Made by a program: the position numbers and the translations under genes. Shown piece by piece: positions 58,501 to 64,000 of a stretch of 64,000 nt of DNA. Within the stretch, counting starts at the first letter, position 1, and each line of letters begins with the position of its first letter. The DNA lies in NCBI GenBank assembly GCA_021108215.1, contig JAIORK010000036.1, positions 22,948-86,947 on the forward strand, read 5' to 3'. The stretch comes from a bacterium. GTDB taxonomy: Bacteria > Oederibacteriota > JAAXVQ01 > JAUVAV01. Under the pieces are notes generated by a model. That model was not told the origin of the DNA. It ran no database searches and saw nothing but the letters and a program-made list of their open reading frames with translations.

Positions 58501-59391
58501 CAATCTATCTCGGTGCGCTATTTTTTGCAGGGTTCCAGGCTTTACAAACCACTGCAATTCATCTTCTTCTCTCTCTCCTGTTAATTCTTTTAACAACCTC
58601 TCTATTTCTTTTTTATGCGCATCATGTTCACCTTGTTTTTTTTCTATATCCAGATAAAGTCTCAACACATCCCTGATACTGCTTTCAATTTCTCTAAGCA
58701 AATGCCCCAGCAAATGCGAGCGAGTCTTTAATTCCCCTCCATTTCGTCTTATCCAGCAAATATCCCAATAAAACGCTTCTGCTCCAGGCCCGGCCAGTTC
58801 TTTTAAGTCCTCATAGACTTGTCTTTGGATGCCATCTAATTGAAAATTTTGCTGCGGTCCTAGGGGCATCTCTGCTGCTTTTTTGTCCACCTGCTCAGGC
58901 AATTTTCCCAGCTCTAATATCTTTTCCAATTTCGCAAGCGTCGCAATTGTGATATTTTTTTTCCCTTTTTCAAGAGCGGAAATATCCGGCTGCTTTAAAC
59001 CTGTGCGGCGGGCCAAATCTGCTTGTGTCCAACCCTTCTGTTCTCTGGCCTGTTTTATTTTTCTTCCAATTACCTGATTCTCTTCAGCCGGCGCACCTTT
59101 AATCCGCTTGTTTTTACCTTTTTTTTGTTCAAGCAGTTCATAAACACGCTCCCACTTGGCATAATAATCCGGCGCCTCACTGGTGCGCTTCCATTCCCGC
59201 CGGATTTTCGGCCACACTTCAGTAAATTGCTCTTTTGTGATGAAGGTAAAAATGTCTTTGGGGCGATCATTGCGTGTTAAAACACGGATAATTTTTTTCG
59301 GAAAATCAGGATGTTCAGGAATCTTAAGGATTCGCTCCGTTTCCTTCAAGGCATCTTCCGGCAAATCCCAAAAATAATCTCCGATCTTCAT
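55549..59391 (-). CDS. 1280-aa protein: N-terminal FWD-motif region plus XRE-type HTH plus ~1100-aa uncharacterised helical region
   Basis: Uninterrupted 3.8-kb ORF. GGAGGG lies 9 nt before the ATG. HTH QKGWTQADLARRTGLKQPDISALEKGKKNITIATLAKLEKIL at aa ~120-160. The rest has no motif I recognise. Confidence 0.8.
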   Translation of the reverse strand: MKIGDYFWDLPEDALKETERILKIPEHPDFPKKIIRVLTRNDRPKDIFTFITKEQFTEVWPKIRREWKRTSEAPDYYAKWERVYELLEQKKGKNKRIKGAPAEENQVIGRKIKQAREQKGWTQADLARRTGLKQPDISALEKGKKNITIATLAKLEKILELGKLPEQVDKKAAEMPLGPQQNFQLDGIQRQVYEDLKELAGPGAEAFYWDICWIRRNGGELKTRSHLLGHLLREIESSIRDVLRLYLDIEKKQGEHDAHKKEIERLLKELTGEREEDELQWFVKPGTLQKIAHRDRLDAPRMTPSDLEKNLSDMDVYLKRILHALRNHSSGLIAELDKLLEKDNPTSKDAEKLYKEIPDVYFIRKYFFERCSNPKWLARLKDTSVFRSPPELLQNEDGSITFPFWAESGYLVRMAKIAPQAVADIILIIPDTQNVYVIDGLVKATLNLPIDIAMSLIDKAAKWMVNEYLFYPLDKHLAELVLYYTLAGKAEEAFGLAKKMLVILPDPRWQKSKENAERYWDGPHPKTRVEISRYKEITEKIIPELAKSTGVPVFRWLCEMLDMALRYSQAKDEEPENNNDYSFFWRPEIEKPMQYEMYELRNILIDLILKTGTQLDATIGIDVLVKISSEKPWMLFKRIALHLLSLCPGSAPELTDKYLSDKALFASGECWDEYGPLLEKGFGFLPQDKQAMILKWVEDGPDFDKRYRKPGKDEAEQVRRHWQRDCLARFGQALPAAWQPYYTKLVQEYGVAEKKRNTGVVVEGGWESSPKTLDELAALPIEKLVEFLNAWKPSAEVRDVSAEGLAQMLSSLVQARPELYSVEARQFTRLTSPYTSNYLFWILFGFKEVIRNTNTKLEWASMLELGQWMRQSREIKEENADDRGQARGEIADCLVEGMRKNLIPLKLRKSVWTVLEPLTEDSDPTSEYENTHDMEPYSRSINSTRGKAMHAVMNYMWWIYRNKIQSQTDDFEEDKREEMMPEIEKILDKHLDHTQDSSLAIHSVYGRWFPWLAKVKPEWSAKARTRIFPEDEREREYWAVAWKAYILLCQPYDNVFEILKTEYARAVNEIEDVAEEKDKRLAWHLMLFYIRGKLELESDIFINFWKRAPDELRGTAMQMIGFDILGSTENLSAMEMQRIKKMWEKRCKMLFLSTSPEIFLNEMSAFGHWFGSGKCDSQWAIDQLLFVLEKTKHIEAIPPIMEQLKTMVETYPTEVVKILVALAENEINFIAFHQDEIMAILESVFSKNHQASKKRAEEFCNYLLSKGFMEFRNILQKYSR

Positions 59392-60110
59392 GAGAGTTCA
59401 CCCTCCAAAAACGCGCTCAATTCATCATCTAAATGACGGATAATCATTTTTGATTTGAGTTTGCGGTCATAAATGGCATCAGCATAATCCAAATAATCTT
59501 GCTCAAACTTTTGGGTTGAAAATCTCTTGCGCCACCCTATCATCGTTCGCTGATAGGTGCGTGGAATCGTTTTTAAAAATGAATGTAATGGCTCGATCTT
59601 TTTGGACAAATAATAGAGATCAATAACATCACGCGGGACATTTCGACCAACAGCTTGCGGTTCTCCATGTCCATTCTTCTCAGGTACAATTCCGGTAATC
59701 GCGATTATTTTTTGAAAATAAATCCGATTGACATCATACACCGGTATACCCTTAATTTTCTTAATAAAATTTTCCCTGGTTAGCTGCGGAAGGACATCTT
59801 CTACGAAATCAAGTTTCAATGATTCGGAAGTTTTCTCTATAGGGATGGTATAAAAATGAACATTCATTTTCCCGGGATGAGTAATTTCATCCTTGAATTC
59901 CGGTTTGTATCCACCTTTTTTTATTTCTTCAAGAATCGAAACAATTTCCCCATAATTAAACTCAAGTGAAAAGAAATCCAGATCGCGTGAAAAACGATGT
60001 TGAAGATAAAAAATCTCCAATGCCGTCCCGCCGGCCAAAGCAAAATTCCCGGGATTTTTGGAAAATAAGTTCAAAATTTCCAGATGTAATTTTCGCAGTC
60101 TTTTATTCAC
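59388..60110 (-). CDS. AbiEii/AbiGii-family (DUF1814) nucleotidyltransferase toxin-like protein
   Basis: Pol-beta NTase signature AGGTALEIFYLQHRFSRDLDFF, KLDFVED, VPRDVIDLYYLSK. GTG start. The TGA overlaps the downstream ATG (ATGA). Confidence 0.75.
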   Translation of the reverse strand: MNKRLRKLHLEILNLFSKNPGNFALAGGTALEIFYLQHRFSRDLDFFSLEFNYGEIVSILEEIKKGGYKPEFKDEITHPGKMNVHFYTIPIEKTSESLKLDFVEDVLPQLTRENFIKKIKGIPVYDVNRIYFQKIIAITGIVPEKNGHGEPQAVGRNVPRDVIDLYYLSKKIEPLHSFLKTIPRTYQRTMIGWRKRFSTQKFEQDYLDYADAIYDRKLKSKMIIRHLDDELSAFLEGELS

Positions 60111-60150
60111 ATCAACACCGCCAACAAAATATAGCTTATATGCTATATTG

Positions 60151-60179
60151 ATTATAGTTTAAAAGCTATATTTTGTCAA
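60151..60179 (-). promoter_or_regulatory. perfect consensus sigma70 promoter of the AbiEii-like operon
   Basis: Minus strand TTGACA-N17-TATAAT. The -35 overlaps the tsaD stop codon. Flanked by the 13-bp inverted repeat CAAAATATAGCTT / AAGCTATATTTTG (60125-60137, 60163-60175). Confidence 0.7.
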
Positions 60180-61192
60180 CTATCCATTGAAGCAAGATTG
60201 GCATAAGCCGGCAAATCCCAAGCAGAGCGCCGACCCGCTGCCAAATAGCGCGCGCCTACGGATGCTATCATGGCGGCGTTGTCTGTACACCACTCCACCG
60301 GCGGGCTAAAAAACGGGATACCCTCTTGATGTGCGGCCGCAGAAAACGCCTCCCGCAAAGACCGGTTGGCGGCAACCCCGCCGGTCAGTACCAAAGCATG
60401 TACCTCATGCTTTTGAATAACCGCCAGGGTTTTGCGTACCAAATCCTCAATAACCGTCTTTTGAAACCCGGCGGCAATCTCTGCCGCCACCAATTCTTTT
60501 CCTGCTTTACGACTGCTCTCGAGCAAATAACGAACCGCAGTTTTTATCCCGGAATAGGAAAAATCCGCAGACCCGTCTTTCATACGCGGAAGGGTGAACC
60601 GAATACCGGATTGCGGGTGATTCTTGGCTGCCGCCTCAATGGCCGGACCACCGGGATATGGCATCCCCAACAATTTGGCAACTTTATCAAATGCCTCCCC
60701 CACCGCATCATCCCGGGTACTGGCCAGCAATTCATACTCCGGAAGATCGCCCGCTGTCACCAGATAAAGATTAGTATGTCCGCCGGATGCAACCAGCCCG
60801 ACAAAGGGATAGGGTAAAGCGGGATGATTCAATTCCGAAGCAAACAGATGGCCTTCCAGATGGTTAATGCCAATAAAAGGCAGTTGACGTGCAAAAGCAG
60901 CTGCCTTGGCCCATGTCAACCCAACCAATAAAGCACCCATAAGACCGGGACCGCAGGTGGCGGCAATGCCGTCAATATCATCCCAGGATAACCCGGCCTG
61001 AGAAAATGTCTCATCAATGACCCGGGGTAGATCGCGCAGATGCTGCCGCGAGGCAAGCTCCGGAACCACCCCGCCATAAGGCGCATGCACCTTGAGCTGC
61101 GATGCCACAACAGAGGCAAGCACTTCCCGCTGCTCTGTGACCACGGCTGCTGATGTTTCATCACAAGATGATTCAATGCCGAGTATTTTCAT
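60176..61192 (-). CDS. tsaD: tRNA N6-adenosine threonylcarbamoyltransferase TsaD
   Basis: MKILGIESSCDETSAAVV...GINHLEGHL...VLTGGVAAN. Confidence 0.95.
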   Translation of the reverse strand: MKILGIESSCDETSAAVVTEQREVLASVVASQLKVHAPYGGVVPELASRQHLRDLPRVIDETFSQAGLSWDDIDGIAATCGPGLMGALLVGLTWAKAAAFARQLPFIGINHLEGHLFASELNHPALPYPFVGLVASGGHTNLYLVTAGDLPEYELLASTRDDAVGEAFDKVAKLLGMPYPGGPAIEAAAKNHPQSGIRFTLPRMKDGSADFSYSGIKTAVRYLLESSRKAGKELVAAEIAAGFQKTVIEDLVRKTLAVIQKHEVHALVLTGGVAANRSLREAFSAAAHQEGIPFFSPPVEWCTDNAAMIASVGARYLAAGRRSAWDLPAYANLASMDS

Positions 61193-61255
61193 AAAGCTTC
61201 CGTTTGCCGCCCTTAATCAAACACCACGCCCGGATCGTTCGAACGTGGTGTGGAG

Positions 61256-61391
61256 ATTGTGCCAAGTATTTGTTTTATTCAGACGAGAAACAAAAAAAAC
61301 CGGATGATTCACCGTAAATGCTGCTTGACGAATCGATTTGCTTTATCCAATAATACCGTTTCATCTGAATAAAACAAACACTTGGCACAAT
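61256..61391. repeat. 136-bp element with ~33-bp imperfect terminal inverted repeats (MITE-like or structured RNA)
   Basis: ATTGTGCCAAGTATTTGTTTTATTCAGACGAGAAAC versus the reverse complement of GTTTCATCTGAATAAAACAAACACTTGGCACAAT. The arms are separated by ~66 nt. Confidence 0.6.
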
Positions 61392-61473
61392 CCATTAAAT
61401 TATTTTAATCCCCGGCGTAAGCCCCGACTGAAAAAATACCGTTCTTTGGAACGCTGTCACAGCCTGTGAATTT

Positions 61474-62988
61474 TTATCTGCCATGCAGCAACAAAATATT
61501 AATCGCGTCTTTGGCGCGCTCCACCTGAAGATCTCCCTCCAGCTTGATTTTTCTGGCCGCCTTTACGCCTTTTACTTTCCTTACAATTTCCTGACGAACA
61601 CGGTTGAGAATAAAGTGAAGGTCCTCGTTGAGCTGCGCCTTATTGATCTCAATGTGTTCATCCTTAAGCCATTTCTGAAAAGCATTTTTGAGTTTTTCAT
61701 CCCTGGTTTTGGGTTTCAATTTTTTCCAGGAGCTTTCAGATACTTTAACATTTTCATGCTCTTTCTCTTCCGCCGACTCGCCTTTGGGATGCAGTTTTAA
61801 ATAATGCATGGTAAATTCCTCAAAAGCCCGTGCCTTGATGAGCGAGACCATAAACTCATTGGGCCGGTAGGGTTCAACCGTCATATCCGGTGCAATCCCA
61901 TTGCCATGGATCATCTGTCCTTTGGGAGTTAGATACCGCGCCGTGGTCATGCGCAATGCCGAACCGTCACCCAACGGTACGATGGTCTGAACCGATCCTT
62001 TGCCGAACGAATTTTCTCCCACAATAACGCCGAGATTCCAGTCTTGAATGGCGCCGGCCACGATCTCCGAAGCGGATGCCGACCCGCGGTTTACCAGGAC
62101 AGCCAAGGGAATGTCCTTAAAAGGACGCATGGTTGAGGAGAAAAAACGGATATTCTGGGATTTATGCCGGCCTTCGGTGTACACAATCAATTTCCCCTGG
62201 GGCACAAAATATTCGGCAATCTCGGCCGCCATGTTAAGCAATCCGCCGGGATTATTACGCAGATCAAGAATAAGGCCTTTCATGCCATTGTTTTCCAATG
62301 TCCGCAGCGCTTTGTTGAAATCATCGCCGGTCCGTTCCATAAACTCAGTAAGCCGAATATACCCAATTTCGCCTTCCAGCATTTCATGCCGGATTGACTG
62401 AATTTTAATCGTATCACGAATGATGGCGACATCAATCCAATCTTCTTCTCCCCGGCGGCGGACGGTCAATTCACATTTGGTGCCTTTTAAACCGCGCATT
62501 TTATGCACCGCATCCATAATCGTGATGCCTTCCGTGCTCTCATCATCAATTTTCATAATCTCATCACCCGGTTGCAGACCCGCCCGGTAGGCCGGTGTAC
62601 CGTCAATCGGGGTGACAATGGTCAACTGATTGTTGCGAACGGAAATCTCTATGCCTAGACCGCCGAAGCTCCCCTTGGTATCCTGACGCATATCTTTGTA
62701 GCTCTGCGGGTCCATAAACTGGCTGTAAGGGTCCAGCTCAGCCACCATGCCTTTGATTGCGCCGTAGACCAGATCTTTCTGGTTTATTTTTTCCACATCA
62801 ACATAATTATTTTTAATCAGGGACATGGACTGAATCAGCGGGCGCAGACTTTCATAGCTGTCTTCCGACAGGCTGATATCCTCGCTGGTAGACCGGGATG
62901 CGCCGGAAAGCCAGCCCCCGAAAAATCCAAAAAGACTGAGTGATAATACCGTTGTGGTAATCCAAAGGGTTTTCTTTAAATTCATCAT
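61474..62988 (-). CDS. S41-family C-terminal processing peptidase
   Basis: PDZ region (AGLQPGDEIMKIDD) and catalytic-site motifs RGSASASEI and GKGSVQ. N-terminal anchor. Confidence 0.9.
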   Translation of the reverse strand: MMNLKKTLWITTTVLSLSLFGFFGGWLSGASRSTSEDISLSEDSYESLRPLIQSMSLIKNNYVDVEKINQKDLVYGAIKGMVAELDPYSQFMDPQSYKDMRQDTKGSFGGLGIEISVRNNQLTIVTPIDGTPAYRAGLQPGDEIMKIDDESTEGITIMDAVHKMRGLKGTKCELTVRRRGEEDWIDVAIIRDTIKIQSIRHEMLEGEIGYIRLTEFMERTGDDFNKALRTLENNGMKGLILDLRNNPGGLLNMAAEIAEYFVPQGKLIVYTEGRHKSQNIRFFSSTMRPFKDIPLAVLVNRGSASASEIVAGAIQDWNLGVIVGENSFGKGSVQTIVPLGDGSALRMTTARYLTPKGQMIHGNGIAPDMTVEPYRPNEFMVSLIKARAFEEFTMHYLKLHPKGESAEEKEHENVKVSESSWKKLKPKTRDEKLKNAFQKWLKDEHIEINKAQLNEDLHFILNRVRQEIVRKVKGVKAARKIKLEGDLQVERAKDAINILLLHGR

Positions 62989-63099
62989 GTAAAACTGCCT
63001 CCTGAAAATTATCCGACTGATAAAAGAATCCGTACCGCTTAACTATCGAATTACTCAAAAAAAACCAAGGTTTTTCAACAGCGATTCAAAAAAACGCCA

Positions 63100-64000
63100 C
63101 TATTTTTCAAGCCAACTTGAGGGATTCAGCGCTTTGCCCCGTTTTCTGATTTCAAAATACAAGACTGGCCCTTTCCAGGTACCGGATTCACCAAGCGTCC
63201 CGATGGCCTGTCCTTCCTTGACCGTATCGCCTTCATTCACCAGGATTTTCCGAAGATGGGCATAGACGGTATTGTAGCCGCCGCCATGATCAAGAATAAT
63301 CATTCGTCCAAAACCTTCAAACCATTCGGCAAAAAGCACCTGACCCTGGCCAACGGAAATCACATTTTGACCGATAGACCCTTTGATGTCAATTCCTTTA
63401 TTATAGATATATGTATTAAAACGCGGATGGCGTGATTTACCAAATTTTGTGACGACTCTTCCCCGTGTCGGCCAGGATAAAGTGCTTTTTCTTTTGGCAA
63501 ACAGCTTGCCATATTGGGCAATACGCTTCTGAATCCTGGACGCCCGCTTTTTCAGCATCGTAATCAATCGGTTTAATTTTTTAGAAGCAGCATCCAATTC
63601 ACGAGCAGCTTTTTCATGCTGGCCCCGCTCCCGGCGGACACCTTTTAAGATTTTTTCCCGTGTATGCTTGTGCTGTTTTATTTTCCCCAGCGTCCGGCGC
63701 GAGGCCGTTTCCATTTCTTCACTTTTTTGTTCCTCGCGTATAAGCTGCCGGGTCCGTTCCAGCAGCATTTTCCGCTCCAGATTCAACCGCTCAACCACAT
63801 AAGCATTTTGCGCGGCAACAACATGAAAAAATTTCATACGGCTCAATGCCTGCGTCATGGTCTGGGAGGTCGCCAGCACCCGCCAGATACCGCTCTGGCG
63901 TTCCCGGTAGATCATCCGCAGCCGCGCAGCCAAAAACTGCTGCATGCGCTTGATTTCCGATTCTGTTTGCGTAATCTGCGTTCGAATATCTATAACTCGG
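63100..64000 (-). CDS. EnvC-like coiled-coil plus M23/LytM domain protein (5' end beyond the window)
   Basis: C-terminal LytM fold (GIDIKG...MIILDHGGGYNTVYAHL...GTLGESG). The reading frame stays open upstream of Met 63945 to the window edge. Confidence 0.8.
   Translation of the reverse strand, partial: RVIDIRTQITQTESEIKRMQQFLAARLRMIYRERQSGIWRVLATSQTMTQALSRMKFFHVVAAQNAYVVERLNLERKMLLERTRQLIREEQKSEEMETASRRTLGKIKQHKHTREKILKGVRRERGQHEKAARELDAASKKLNRLITMLKKRASRIQKRIAQYGKLFAKRKSTLSWPTRGRVVTKFGKSRHPRFNTYIYNKGIDIKGSIGQNVISVGQGQVLFAEWFEGFGRMIILDHGGGYNTVYAHLRKILVNEGDTVKEGQAIGTLGESGTWKGPVLYFEIRKRGKALNPSSWLEK

Overview
This is a 64-kb chromosomal window from an unidentified, probably uncultivated bacterium. 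No rRNA is present to place it. A T9SS/FlgD-Ig-like C-terminal sorting domain, a SpoVS homologue and a Wzy-TPR fusion hint at an FCB-type or candidate-phylum lineage, at low confidence. Nearly all credible genes lie on the minus strand. The housekeeping backbone is: htpG, mntP, two cspA-family genes, cobalamin-riboswitch-controlled metE, tRNA-Gln and tRNA-Glu next to gltX, a response regulator-parA-parB-M23 peptidase-bactofilin run, comM, a Wzy/TPR protein, dnaE, yjbQ, guaA, guaB, CIRCE-groES-groEL, an ftsH-like operon, spoVS, rsmI, nadE, dusB, tsaD, an S41 protease, and an EnvC-like gene that runs off the window. Three segments that look AT-richer by eye interrupt this backbone. (i) About 17.5-23.6 kb abuts the 3' end of tRNA-Glu and is bounded by a direct repeat of the tRNA 3' acceptor end. 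It carries an orphan two-gene operon (777-aa membrane protein plus 240-aa protein), a phage DUF5681-like remnant, an XRE switch, a HigBA-like TA pair and a four-helix-bundle gene. (ii) 48.2-49.9 kb is a three-gene cassette: an HTH-DUF4065 (Panacea-type) antitoxin, a RelE/ParE-like toxin and an orphan 181-aa gene. (iii) 54.85-60.18 kb lies between tsaD and dusB. It holds an AbiEii-like nucleotidyltransferase translationally coupled to a 1280-aa HTH-containing giant protein behind a perfect consensus promoter, followed by mazEF. The best candidates for an undescribed system are the AbiEii-like/giant-HTH pair and the orphan 777-aa/240-aa operon. Other notable structure: a perfect 239-bp tandem duplication carrying truncated tRNA-Glu copies; a (GCTGTTCT)12 microsatellite with dispersed relatives; 127-bp direct repeats of a sorting-domain 3' end flanking metE-GNAT; several REP-like hairpin families; and two long intergenic inverted repeats. 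All functional calls rest on motif recognition by eye. No database search, folding or GC computation was possible.
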